NCBI GenBank assembly: GCA_025201805.1
Contig: MU619384.1
Location: 1 to 64,000 of the forward strand
DNA: 64,000 nt
Direction of reading: 5' to 3'
Source of the DNA: Parasitella parasitica NRRL 2501
Taxonomy: Eukaryota; Fungi; Mucoromycota
Shown: positions 1 to 15,471 of the stretch, in pieces
Layout: every line of letters begins with the position of its first letter
Numbering within the stretch: the stretch's first letter is position 1
Program-made: the position numbers and the translations under genes
Notes under the pieces: model-generated
Database searches by the model: none
The model's input: only the letters and a program-made list of their open reading frames with translations
What the model was told of the DNA's origin: nothing

Positions 1-3000
1 TTGTATACAATGACAAGAAATAAGCTATTAATGTACAATAGAACATGTAATAAACTTGGTATTACATACCAAGTTCAATGTTTAACCATGATGACAAATA
101 GTGTTACAATAGATATAATCTTCTAGTATAAAAAGATTTTTCTTATCAATAAAGTCATTAGTTTTTGTGTCTGATTTTATTTTCATAAAGTTATACATTT
201 TTTGAGCAGATCAAATTTATATATCCCCTGCGCATAACAAATAATACAATGTAATTTAATCTTTGCATATTAAGATAGAGCACCAGTTCTTGTATCAGTT
301 TGTTTTATTATGCATGGAGACTTTGTCATGAATTTGGCATCAAATATATGCAATGAAAAAAATTACAAAATGTTTTTTTTTGACAAACTGAACGATTTAG
401 AACAAAAAATGCACTTGCTTTTTTAAATTCAGCTGCGTGCTCAATCAAAGGCTTTGAAGGTATAGCTGATAACTATATATACCATGATATATCAGTATGG
501 AATCATCTCTTTTCCAGAAATCAGTAGTAAAAGATAGATCAGAATCTCTATATTCTGAATACAATACCAAAAAAAAACACAAAATACGTTATAACCGTGT
601 AATATCTTCAAAATAATACTGATGTATGTCGCAAATTTCTCAATTTCGCATATTTGTTTTAAGCAGTGTAGAGATACGAGAAACAACCCATATATCAATT
701 GTAATACACCATTCGAATGCTACAATGCATTCAAACTCGGCTGCCATAAGTAAAAATCTAGATCAGAACAATGAGACTTGATATAACTGTTTTTCCCCTT
801 TTTTCCTCTTTTCATCAAGACTTTAGATTGAAATAACTTTTCATCCAAACAACCGATTTTCAAAACATAAAAGATATTCTATTCAACAACATCAAGTTTA
901 CTTATCACATAGCTTTGGTGCACCAGATTATAGTTTTTCCCCTAGTTTAGCCACTTTATATTGTTTGCTGTATTGCATGCATTTACTGTTTACGCAAAAA
1001 TACGGTCACTGTTAGGCGTAATAAAAAATTGGCAACTCACCCCCCCCTTCTTTTTATGCTGCTTCTCTACTTCTACTACGCTATTATGTTACTATTATAT
1101 ACTCTTATCTTTGATTATCTACGATGCAAACGCATGCACCTTTGTGTTCATTATTGCTGGTATTATACGTTATTCCTCTTTGATTGTGCGAAAGTCGAGT
1201 TTTTTCTTTAAAAACAGTAAATATTACCCACGTTTTCTAAAAGACGCTTACTAACACTCTCATACGCGTTTTTTATAGAATCTATCACAAGAAAACGATC
1301 TACAGAATGGCGTGTTCCTAGTGCAGTGGTTCATTCAGGTATTATCATTTTTTATCATGTTTTCGTAAGACCTTTTTTACTAAATGAAAAATCTTTTTTG
1401 TTCTACTTTTGTAGTTTGGTTCTCTCTTCATGTCAAGTGGATGGCCTATCATTGAAACTTGACATTAGGTTTTTATCCGGGTCATACAGAAGCATGTAGG
1501 CTGTTTCTACTCATTGACTGTGCTTACCCTAGCAGTTCTTGAGATGGGCCATTTTATTCGAAGCTGTGAAGTGTGGTAAGGCATTTTTCGGCTATTTAGG
1601 GGGGGTATTCATTGAAATTTTACCAATTTCTATTTTTGGTCAAATTTTAAGCTCCGCCCTACATCAAAACAGGGGGAAACCCTGTTTTTTTGTTTTTAGA
1701 ATTTAGGTGTTTACTTAGCCAAATTAATCGTGATTTTATGAGAAAAACAAAAACAAAAATAAAAAATAAAAAAAAATAAACAGAATTAAAAAATACATAA
1801 CCGTCTTCCCACTTTATTTGAACATAAGCAATGAGCATTGATGTGTCAATTTCCCAACCGGAAGTCAAACTCAAGTAAACTCAATCCTGAACACAATTTA
1901 GGAACATATCCCAAAGGATCATGTTCCTTATTTATAACTCAACATGACATGTTCATGGACAATAGATACAATCTATCGTTCCATTCTCTAAATCACACCA
2001 TGTCTCACACTTGTATCTTATCCTCCCATCAGTCTAGTTAGATTCACTAGTATATAAACCATCATTTTTTCCATGTAGTAAACGAGATCTTTACCTGATT
2101 AATTCACAACCGTTTTATTTGAATTATTTCTCGTTCTGATAAATCAGCATCTCAGCTATTGATTCATGTTGAGACATACACAGGTTACCTATTAGGATTA
2201 TGTTTTACTCCTCAATTGAAAACAGGAGGTGCGATCTCAGCCGTGTGTTTACATTTGAGCTGAAACAGATTCAGAACTTTCTCATTGCTAGATATCTCAA
2301 GACAGTAATAAAAATAACAAATTTGCATACTAAGTGTTCGATGATGTTAAAAGAATTCTGTATCTAAACAACATAAAGATTACAAGACTATACAAACACT
2401 TTTTTTTATATTATCAATTATTAAATATTCAAAAAACACCTTTTTTGATAGTATTTAAATGGAAGCGAATATATTTTGAAGAAATCAAACCCTCTCAACT
2501 TGACCACATGATTCATCATGCCAAGACCTATACATCAACTACTTATTCGCAACTGTAGCTTTATTATTTCAGCTAAAAACTAAAGAACTTGTCTTGACCA
2601 AAACCAATCGGCGACATCAAGTCCCTATGTTTATAGGGCCATTCAAAAGGGTATAAAAAATCAATTCTGTTTTTCGTGATTATAAATTGATGTTTTTTTT
2701 TTGACCGAATATAAACCATTCGATAGCTATTTTATAGCCTTATTTTCGCACCGCAAAAGTATATCTTAAGCATCTCTTTGTCGCTTTATTAGCTCTGAAA
2801 AGAAATAAAGCCTCTACCAAAAAAACAGTGAAAATAAATATCTATATTTTTCCCGTATCCATTTGAAACCTGCACATCTAATAGAGAACTATACCAGAAA
2901 TATGATTTAATAATTTACTCAAGTGTTTTAATGGATTGTTGAGAAACTGGCCTGCAAACTTTGCAAAAGTAGATAGATGGCTGAAGTATGTCGAATTTGG

Positions 3001-3898
3001 GGGCGTCACCAAGACATATTTGAAACCAATGGGCGCGCCAAAACTTGCTTTGCAAGTTTACTTTGGTCACCTTTGGGATTTAGTCCCTGTTGTAAAGCCA
3101 TATGCTCTGAAATCAGCAAAAATGTATTCGGCCCTCTATTGGTTATTTCTGGAAATCTTTCAGTGCTGACTTTTGCTGATTTTTACTTTTATCTGCACAA
3201 TAAAGGACAATGGCAAATCTGGCAAAATCAGAAATAATAAGCAATACATCTATTTCTCGAGTGTTTTATAAGAATGAAAAAATGCTGCAGATTTTACAGT
3301 TTGGACGCAGTCGCATGCAATTTTTTTTTTAATATCTATTCAATATAATATCATGTTGGTAATAATGTCTTGCTACGATCTTTGATGAAGAGAATAAATG
3401 CGTAAAGATAAAGCATATGCAAAATTTTCAGTGCATGTTATTGTTAAACAGAACCACTTTTTATTTTACTGTTGTCATAATCTTGGCAAATATGTACTTA
3501 CATTTTCAATACCTCAGGCATCAGGCATCAGGCAATAGTAATATGTTTACTATTGGGTTTAGAAGTTCTACTACTCTATGGTCTCCATGCATCGAATTTC
3601 GCCATTTTAAGCCATTCAGGAGCATAATAATTCCTTGAAACCCCTACTTTTTTTTTTTTTTTTTTTTTTTTGTAAGGAATGATAGAACGCGCACAAAAGC
3701 GTCGCAGACTTTCATCAACTTGAAATGAACCGATTATTTCTTTTCCAGCATTTATTAGCTTGTAGTGCCAAAGCTTGTGTTATGCAAATAAAGATGAAAA
3801 AAAAAGACTTGAAAATAGGCAGGCATATATAGTATTTCACAATAGATTAACGAATTTATTTAAATAATCATGTATTTGAAAAGTAAAATAGTAATTTT

Positions 3899-5605
<1,707 letters not shown>

Positions 5606-5875
5606 ATCTTGGTTTTTTGCTCTTATTGGAGAAGCACAAAGAAAGAGAAATAAAAAAAAATGAAGGAAAAAAAAGAAAAGACAAACAAACAATGTTTATG
5701 AGATCCATATTTTAAGGAGAGGCTGTATTAAAAGTTGGCTTGCAAGCAGTTGTAGGGAAGATTAGAGGCAACATTACACAAGAGAACCTTGTTTTACAAA
5801 CTCCATTGACGCTTTTGGCCATATACAATAAAAACGGGGTTTTCCTTATGCGCATAAACCAGCTATTGTTTACAT

Positions 5876-8800
5876 ATGCCTTTTTTACCTTTTTACCACA
5901 TCGATATGCTGAAATCTATCTTGAACGATGTTCAATTAAGCAGCAAAACCGTATTCTCCATAGTTCTTCTGCCTCCTGTGGAAGCCAGTCCTTGTCCTCC
6001 AGACAGAAGCTACTTAGGTAGGGGCTTGATGTTTGTTAATTGTTTCCGAAAATTTGTTTTTTTTTAACTCACATTTGTAGAAAGCCATGTAATTCATGTG
6101 CCATGGGGCTCTTCATTGACAGGCTCAACAAATGCCCGACTAAAGCTGCTGCAGAAAGACACCCAAGCCGATTATGATAAAAATGCGCAACTAATGCTAT
6201 CCGTAAATGGCACAGTCTACGAAACAGCCAGCGGGTATGTCTGCTGCAATAAGCGAAAAGCAAAGATCGTCCATTCAGAGATACTATATACACTACCCGG
6301 GAATCCAACTTGTGGCACGCACTTGATCCTCTACATGGATCAGCCTATCATCGATTGCGTATCTCCAGAGAACAGGCCGTTGGTATGTCCATACAGCCAT
6401 ATAGTATCATTATGTGGTCATAACCTGTGACTCTGCGGTTATTCATCATGTACTCTTTGTTTCTTTTTTAGGTGCAGCAAAAGCACCAGCAGCAAAATCA
6501 TTTGAGGTAAAGACCTTGTACCTTGATTTTCCTTTTTTTTTTTCTTCTTCTTCGTCTTCTTCTTTTCTCTTGTGTTCTCATTTCTTCTTTATACAAAAAA
6601 AAAAACCCCCCATATACAACAGCTTCAGGGACATGATTCTAAAGGTACTTCCAGCAACTAGCAGCAATGAGGTAATTCGCAAGATAGACATGTTGGTTTT
6701 GAAGTTTTGTGATACTTCGGTTCGCTGTGATTCGCTTCAAAGTTTACATGATTGCATGGACGAAATTCTGTACGAAGGCTATGATGTGAGTTGCCAAGAG
6801 CCAGTTGATAAATTCATGTAGCACTAGTTGATAGAATTAGCTTATAGAAAGTCTTGATTCGAACGTACTAGCCAATGCATTCACCGACCTGGACATGGAT
6901 AATCTGTGCGGCGCCTTTGAAAGGTATGTGTTTACACATGTATTGCGACGCTGTTTGTTGCTGACGACAACGATACACGTTTATAGCTACTTTATGGATC
7001 TGACATACGATGCAGCATTCTTTCAGATCACCCAATTCTTGCTGCCACAAGATAAAACAACAACATCAGCATTGGATGACATGGAACACTTGGATTTCTC
7101 GCAAATTGCATTACCAGCCGCCGTCACAGATCCACGCAAAAGAGTCCGCAATGCCATTGCACACTTTGAGAGAATTGGGTCGTTTCGTACGCCAGCAGAG
7201 AAACTAGACTGTCTGCTAAACACAGTATCCGAATTGACACAAGACAGCGATTCAGATTCCCTTATACCCTTACTACTAATGACACTGATCCGAAGCAAAG
7301 TGCCTCACCTTACCGCTAATTTGATCTACATGAGAGTACGTTCATCGCACAGCAACTGCTGATACACGCACTGACTTGTAATTTTAGGACTATACCTTTG
7401 AGCGGAACATCAAGACTGGAAAATACGGCTATGCTCTAAGCACGTTTGAAGGCGTCCTGGAGTATATTCTCGATGCACATCCGTATTTGTCAAAATTATC
7501 AAAACAGAATGCTGACTTTTGGTCATGTATCAGGGCCAGTGACATTGAGCGTTTTCGACATTGTATCTGTGTTGATGACGATGCAGCTGATATGCGCGAT
7601 GTGGACGGCAACAATGCACTCATGATAGCATGCTTTCATGGACAAACAGCGATTGCAGCAGAGTTCTTGCTCCTTCGGCCATCCCAAGCAGTGAAAAACG
7701 ACCAAAACATGACGCCGTTGATGGCTGCAATTCAGAGCAAATCCACCTCCACAATTCACTTGCTGCTAGAGCACTACTCGGCAGCTGATCAAGCGCCTCT
7801 GCTGGACACCGTTGATTGCTTTGGAAATACGGCAGCTTTGTATGCTAGCGGCACAAACGACTTGCATGTCTTGCAAGCACTGATGCAGCAGCATCATCAT
7901 CATCATCATCACCCACAGCTGCTGGATCAAATAAACCGCAAAACAGGAGACACAGCGCTTCATATGGCTGCACGACATGGAAGTTCGATGGATTTTATCA
8001 TGCTGATCATGCAGCATGTTACACACCCCAACATGACTAGAAAGAAGAATCACAAGGGAGAAACCTTTTACCATTTGTGCAGAAACTTGGAATATATACA
8101 ACACGATTTGCGCTACAATCCAAGTATAGCCAAGGTGCTCCTGGATCAGGTCGACAATTTGGGCCGAACACCGCTCATGACATGGGCAGCAAAGGGCCGC
8201 CTAGACCTTGTGGAGACGCTGATTCCCTACACAAGAGATTTCTCCAGAGTCGACAGCGATGGAAGAACGGTACTTCATTTAATAGCTTTGCATTTGAGCC
8301 GAAATCTGGTATTTGGAAAGACTGATTTGGCATGCATTATCAAAAAGATAAGACATGTTGTCAATGTTCGTGATTGGTGTCACGGTAATACAGCCTTGCA
8401 TGTAGCTGCACAAACATCGACACTTGCATCCACGCACAACGTATCCAACGCAGTGGCATTTATCAAGGCATTGGTGGAGCACGGCGCTGCGATAGATGCT
8501 GTGAATCTGTGCGATGAGCATCCAGTGAATCTGTGCAGGATTCCAGAGTTGACGGCCTGTTTTGATGGTAAGTCCATGTCATTTTGCGTTTTGTTGCCTT
8601 GTCGTTGCTGCTAATTAGCTATGACTAGAGTTGCATTTGAAGGTCGAGCCATGCTCTTCTTTCACTATAAAGGGTGGCGGCAATCATCAATATGCATGGG
8701 CAGTAACTAGAGGATTCGTACAGCAAAACAGCAAAGATCAAAGCTCAGAGGTGGCGTACCTGATAAAAAGTGGACAGGTATTTATACACTCAAAAGAGAG

Positions 8801-10191
8801 AGAGAGAGAGGGGGGGGGGGGGGGGGGGGGGGGAAGGGGGAGGGAAAGCACTTGGCTTATATGTTGACATAATATAAATATATTGTAGATCGGTAAGCCT
8901 CACACGATGCGCCTTGTCAGCAGAAAAATCCAAGATTTCCTCTTTTTACGCAAAGAGCTCCTGTACGAGATGCCCGAGCTATTTCTGCCTACGTTCAGTC
9001 AGCTTTACAACCCAAGCAACATTGATCTACACCCACCGCCGCTAGTCCTTTTGGATGTCACCTTGACAAGATTGCAATCGTTTATGGATTGGCTTCAATA
9101 CCATCCCATTTTAAGGAACCATGATCTGGTCATGATGTTTGTTCGATCGTCTTGCGATTTGCAAAAATCAGTGATTCGAGATAACTCGTTTTCAAGGAGA
9201 AAGCTCATGCTGGAAAAGATCAAGGACATCCCACTTGGCACCGCGAGCATGATGAGTAGCAAAGAAGAGGAGTACTTTTTCAAGTATGCGCAAGAAACCA
9301 TCATGCCCTTGAAAGAGCACTTTTTAAACGTGGTGTTGACGGGGAGAAATCTGCAGCGTGCGGGATTGGGTAAGTTGGTATTTGTAAAACCAGATGAACA
9401 GAAGCTCAAGATTGTTCAATTCGGAATAACGTGTTGTTATAGAATTGGAGCGAAATACGATGCGGGTGGCACAAGATATCTTTGCGGCCTCATCTTGTTT
9501 AGAGGCATCCGAAATGTTTACCTGTAACACACTCGCTATAGAGACGATGAGAGTTTGTGCTTATGTAGCATTTGAAAAGAGCGTAAGTTGAGCTTTTTTT
9601 TTCGCTGTATATATATGTATATATATGTGTGATGTACTCATGTTTGACTAGTATGTGTCTCCTTGGTTGCAACTTGTTCAAGTGAATCAAATGGCGTACG
9701 CCATGATTGATGGTATAGTGGTAAGTTTTTTTTGTGGTAGCTTTTTCATTGGTACACTTTGATATCTCAACATTACACACACATGCACACATATGACATA
9801 TAAATAGCTATCTTTGCAAAGGCCTTTTGATTTGATAAGCCAGAGATGTGCGCTGCGACAAGATATTGAACTGCAGAAAGAAGTGCTACGGAAATCAAAG
9901 GCCTGGCACAGCCTCTTCTCGCCCAAAGAGAAAAAGAAGCGCATCGAAGAGAGCAAAGAAAAAGTGATACAAAACATGAACAACCTCAATCATATAGATG
10001 GCCAAATTAACGAAGCACATCGCTTGATCTCGGACGAATTGGCTCACTTCCAGAATGTCCACCCTAGACGGATGATCAGGACGCTGCGACGATTCGCAAA
10101 GGCAACGCTGCACATGGAAAGACAAAAACTAGCGGTGCTGGTGCATGACTTGAGCAATTACGAGCAAAAGCCGTTGCCACCATTACCATAG
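5876..10191 (+). CDS. VPS9 + ankyrin repeat + PX (+ BAR-like) protein, Vrl1/VARP-like Rab GEF (multi-exon)
   Basis: VPS9 motif RTPAEKLDCLL...DSDSLIPLLLMTLIRS (6895-7336); ankyrin repeats GNNALMIAC, MTPLMAAI, GDTALHMAA, GRTPLMTWA, GNTALHVAA (7487-8570); PX-like VSRKIQDFLFLRKELLYEMPELFLP...HPIL (8907-9370); helical C-terminus. The start could be 5876 or 5906. Confidence 0.85.
8796..8844 (+). repeat. (GA)n followed by a long G run in an intron of the VPS9-ankyrin gene
   Basis: agagagagagagagag, then more than 20 G, then aagggggaggg; potential G-quadruplex. Confidence 0.8.
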
Positions 10192-10508
10192 TAAGAGAAT
10201 AAATTGCGATGTAATTTACAGTCTGTGCAATATGAGTTTTTTTTTTTTTTTTTTTTTTAAGGAGAGGGAAAAAAAACTCGTTTGTTTATATTGTGTATTC
10301 AAATGAAATATGACATGGTTGAGGCTTGTTTCCTAAAGTGTAAACGCTGGTTGCACACTTTACTCCTTAATTTCTCTTGTGTGCTGATGTCTCTATAAAT
10401 TGGTAACGTTGTCAATGAATCCTTGCGATTGCTGTTTTCTCTTTTCTTTTTTTTTTTTCTTTTTTTCCCCCTCCTCCCCTTCAATCTTAACACCTTTTCT
10501 TTTTCACC

Positions 10509-11641
10509 ATGGGCTGCTGTCAATCAATCGAGCAAGTTGAGGAGAAGCAAAGAAACCAAGAAATCGATGCGCAAATTAAAAGAGACCGAGTCAATCTTCG
10601 AAAAGAAATCAAAATGCTGCTTTTGGGCGCTGGTGAGTCCGGCAAATCCACCATCCTAAAGCAGATGAAGTTGATCCATGACGGCGGATACACGCCTGAA
10701 GAAAGAGAAAGCTTCAAAGAAGTCATTTTCAGCAACACAATGCAGTCTATGCGCGTTACGCTGGAAGCCATGGATAACCTTGGCATCAGCTTTCAGAGCA
10801 TCGAGAACGAAGGACACAAACGACTGGTCATGGAGGCTCCACCTCAGATAGACTATTTGGGACATGAGCTGGTGGAGGCCATCGCTTCCCTGTGGGACGA
10901 TCAAGGCGTTCAAGACTGCGTACAGAGATCCAATGAATTCCAGCTAAATGATTCTGCACGATAGTAAGTGGATAATTTACTGCAAAAAAAAAAAGCGTAC
11001 TTACTCTATGGGGGGGGGTTTTTTTTTTATCGCATAGCTACTTTGATTCAATCCTCCGCATTGGTCACTCGAATTACATGCCTAGCGACCAAGACGTCTT
11101 GCGCTCACGTGTGAAATCAACTGGTATTACAGAAACCACCTTTGTTATCGATTCCTTGACATACCGCATGTTTGATGTGGGTGGACAACGTTCTGAGCGT
11201 AAGAAATGGATCCACTGCTTTGAAAACGTTACTGCCCTGGTGTTCTTGGTAGCAATTTCAGAGTACGACCAAGTGCTGTTTGAAGACGAAAGTGTAAACC
11301 GCTTGCAAGAGTCACTGACCCTGTTCGACTCGATCTGCAATTCCAGATGGTTCATAAAGACCTCCATCATCCTGTTTCTCAACAAGATTGACCTGTTTGC
11401 TGAGAAACTTCCTAGGAGCCCCTTGGGCCAGTTCTTCAGCGACTACAAGGGCGGTGACAACTACGATGCCGCCTGTCAATATCTTTTGCAGAAATTCATT
11501 ACGCTGAACACCAGAGCAGACACAAAGCAGATCTACACCCACCTTACCTGCGCGACAGAGACCAAGCAGATCAAGTTCGTCATGAATGCTGTCAACGACA
11601 TTGTTGTTCACGATAATTTACGTAATGTGGGTCTTTTGTAA
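10509..11641 (+). CDS. Heterotrimeric G protein alpha subunit, fungal group I (Gi-like, FadA/Gna-1-type)
   Basis: MGCCQS lipidation motif, GAGESGKST, RSRVKSTG, DVGGQRSERKKW, NKID and TCAT. One intron, 10964-11037 (gtaagt...catag), restores ARYYFD. Confidence 0.97.
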
Positions 11642-12444
11642 AAACACACATTCATCTCTTTTTCTCTTTCTCTTCTTTCTCTCTCTCTCTCTCTCTCTCT
11701 CTATTCTGTTCATATCGCACGTATATCTTATTTTGTAACATATCCTTCTTCCTCCTTCACCCCTCCTCCTTTCGCCTCCCTTTCTTCTTCTTCTGGACAT
11801 TAAACTATACTACTATTACTTATTATTCTCTTCCCCCTTTGCTTCCTCTTCTTCCTCCTCCTCTTCCTTGGGCCTCGAAAATACAAAAAAGAAATAAAAT
11901 TTGCCTTTTTTCTTAATTCGATACTTTACTCACGTTGTCTTACTTTGCTAATTGGATACAAAGATCTCCATCATTACATTGGACTGTCTTGTGTAGCACA
12001 AACCTTCCCCCCCTCCCTTAAACATGATTAGCCAAAATAGCTTAAACTCCAAGCAATTCGATTACAAACAAACAAAACAAAAAGAAAAAAAAAAAAAAAA
12101 TTGAAGAAAAGATTGACATTGCGCAAATACAATGGCAAAATGCAATGCCCTTGCAAACCCGCAATTCGTTGAGTTATTGTGATATTGTAAAAAAAAAGAA
12201 AAAAAAAAAAAAAACAGAGGCATGAATCTTGCATACTAAACTGTGAATACAATTTATCGAAATGTGTTAATTTTGGACGGGAGCTCATTCATATATTCTT
12301 CAACAACAATTCCAGGGGCGTTGCTTGAATACCAACAAAATTTATTACAATTACCAGATCAATAAAATGCATTTATTCACAGTTACACCTGTAATACAAT
12401 GATGTTGTTTAAACCGGTATTTCTATCCGAGCAAGAAGAAAAAG

Positions 12445-12504
<60 letters not shown>

Positions 12505-12527
12505 AAAAAAAGCCAATATAAAGATTG

Positions 12528-15179
12528 TCAGAAGAATTTCTCAAAGATGCCTGATAATCCAGCGTGCGCTTTATGTCGAATTCCATGTGTTGAGGATGAT
12601 GTGATTTTGGAGGCCTTGACGATTGTTGTTGTAGTAGTAGTAGTAGTAGTAGTAGTAGTTGTGGTTGTAGTAGATTTAGTAGGGGTGGCTATGTTGGTTT
12701 CCATCAAGCAGTTGTCAGGTCCCTTGATTTTTTCTAAAATGTAAAATGTGTGATTTAAATACAGTGGTACCAACGCTATATACGAATGTACAATTATATA
12801 CCTTCTTTTTCGTTACTATCCTCACTGATGGTTCCATGCTGCAGTTGTTTCTGATGCTGATAATGGTAGCTATTAAACTTTGGTTGCCCATGATGATTGC
12901 TGCTGCTTTTTCTCCTTGTCAAGCTTTTAAGGTCACGTAGCACATTAGACCTTGAAATAGATGGTGTGGGGGGTAGCTCAGGAGTAATCGAGCGAGACGC
13001 TATGTCGGTGAGTGTTTGGTCTTGCTCGTTTCTAGCGCTTGATTTAGCATTGCCACTAGCCGCTCTCGAATGGTGGGGTGCTGCTGCTGCACCCGCTGAT
13101 TTGGGTCTTTCTATACTGGGATGTTTTTTATCGTAGGTGAGACGGCCTGTTGCTGCATGGCTGCCCAGTTGGATCCCGTTAAAAGACCGTGCCACTTGGT
13201 TTGCCTCAAGCCCTGTGTCAACCAAGCTTTTCAGAATACACAAGCGTGCCTTGTTGTTTGGAAGAGTAAACTTGTCTGACGATTTGAGCGACGAGTTCTC
13301 GGCATTGATTACTATTTGGAAAAGAAGGAGAAAAGAAAAGAAAAATAGGTTTTTTAAAAAAAAAACTATATACAAATTGTGCTTTTATCACTGTGGTACA
13401 GTATACAAACAACTTACGCTTTAGTAAAAGAAATCCTCGTAGCTCCTCTCTGTCGTAAAATATGGGTGGGCTTGGTACAGGTGGTGAAAATGGCTTTACG
13501 TCTTTGCTGTGCAGCACTTCCACTCTCCATGAATCTTGCTGATTGATCTTTTCGTAATATACAATGATGAATACATGCAAAAATTGTGATCGGATGCTGC
13601 TAGGATTGAACGTCTGCGTTTTTTTGCCTTCCATGAATACAATACAAACAATATCTACAAGTACACTAAACGAATAAATCAAGCTTGCCTCGCATCTTTA
13701 CAAAAGAATCATACACTACCATTGCCAATGTATCTCTTGCGGTGGACCTGCTGTGTGTCATGTTTTCGCAGAGGCATCAGTGCAGCAACATGATACATAA
13801 TTTCGTGGTCTCTCCAACAAGACGCATACGAGATATCGCCCGACTCACCGGCTACATATGAACGGGTGAGTATCTGATAAAAAAAAAGTCTGGCGTAAAA
13901 TGCTGTACACATACTCTTGGTATCCAGACCAGCAGCAAATCCTTTGTAGTCCTTTAATTTGACAGGTTTGCCTAGGACATTCAAGAACTTCTCAAATCCC
14001 GTCGAAATTCCTGTATTCGCAAACCATTCTTCCTCAGTTTGCTGCCCCTCGCTTACCGTCAATACTCCAAATTTGTATGATTTTGGTACCTTGATCAGCA
14101 TTATTAATTTGCGCGCACTTTTTTTCTTGTTTGTTCTTGGCTTACCCCTATTTCATCATATCTTAAAAATTCCTTTTCCAATCCTGCCATGATAGTAACT
14201 TGGGCGGAAATCTCTTTAAACAACCTAAAGTTGAGTTCTTGAAAGAGGAACAATAACGCTGCTCGCATCAGTTTTGTCGCTGTTGGCAGTACTGTGATCT
14301 GCGGGTTGTTGTTTTGCAGGAACGGCTGGTTTGTCATTCCCGTGATGATTGCTGATGAAAAACTTCGTTTTGGTCGATTTCGTCTTGTTTGTGGCTCAGG
14401 TTCTAAATCTAATTTGTGTAATTGGCCTAATGAATCTAGTTGCAGCATCAATTCGTTGGCGTCGAGTTCTTTTACAATGAATCCCATATTCAAGTCCTGA
14501 AATATATGAAAACCCATCAACAAAGAAAAAGAGAAAAAAAAATCGATCCTTTTTGTATATATACCTGCTTTGTTCGAACTATGATTCTGTATTGTGAATA
14601 TGGCTTCATCACTTCTTTTACTATCGATATCATGGCTAAATCAGTTTCCTCTTCCGTCATAGGTCCAATTAGCGTAATATAAGGCTTCCCAACAAAGTAA
14701 TTTCGAAACCAGTATGATTTTTCATCTATTTGATCCGGCCAAATAGTGCTGTAATCGACAGGCTGCTCGAACAGTATTCGTCCTGGCTCTCGACAGAAAT
14801 TGTTTTTGCCAACAGTTGAAAGATGCTCATTTTGAAATGATACTTGACAACAAATTTCCTTGATGTTGAGTATCTAAAAAAAAAAAAAAAAAATGTACGC
14901 CTGTGAGTGGCATTTCTGTATATTACGATAGATACTTGCCAGCGTCTTGATCATTGCTTGGTTCTGTTTGAACTTGGCATACTTCTCCAGCTTATTCAGT
15001 AGTTTGCATTTGTCTCGTTGTGAAATATCAAGTGCACGAATCAACAATTTGGTACTTTCTAATGTGGTTTGTACAATATCTTTTATGTCAAAGTTTCCTT
15101 TTTCGATATAACATAGAATAGTCTGGCATTGATCTAAAATCCACTGTTTACACTCGCTTGTTGTTGGTAAGTTGTTCAT
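12528..15179 (-). CDS. Rap/Ran-GAP domain protein (multi-exon)
   Basis: YKFGVL...QTEEEWFAN, FLNVLG...YKGFAAGLDTK, EIMYHVA and RKRYIGN|DIVCIVF, which contains the catalytic Asn thumb. The start (MNNLPTT at 15179) is tentative because it lies next to an assembly gap. Confidence 0.88.
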
Positions 15180-15192
15180 ATCATATATATAC

Positions 15193-15202
15193 NNNNNNNN
15201 NN
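15193..15202. other. Assembly gap (10 N)
   Basis: Run of N next to poly(A), just upstream of the Rap-GAP start. Confidence 1.
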
Positions 15203-15471
15203 AAAAAAAAAAAAAAAGAAAAGAAAAGGGGGCGTAAAAGGAGAAGTGTATATATAAATATACAAACCTATAAACTATCGAAATATCATTGTGTAGATAC
15301 AGACTACTGGTACTAGTGCACAAACTGCTCATGTGTGTCTATGTGACCGTAGCAAGGCTTGGCTGTCTATACACACAAATAGGAGCCTACGCCATCATAA
15401 TATTACAATAATGGTGCGAAAGGATGATGGATGCATTTTATTTACGACTATTGTAATAAATTAAATCTTTC

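Noticed and set aside
2935-3240. Slightly GC-richer island with a short inverted pair (AAATCAGCAAAA / TTTTGCTGATTT)
   Set aside because: No matching termini or target-site duplication found, so it cannot be called a mobile element or centromeric motif.
492-3638. Many short ORFs in the first 3.6 kb
   Set aside because: AT-rich, low-complexity translations, often with non-ATG starts and no recognisable motifs.
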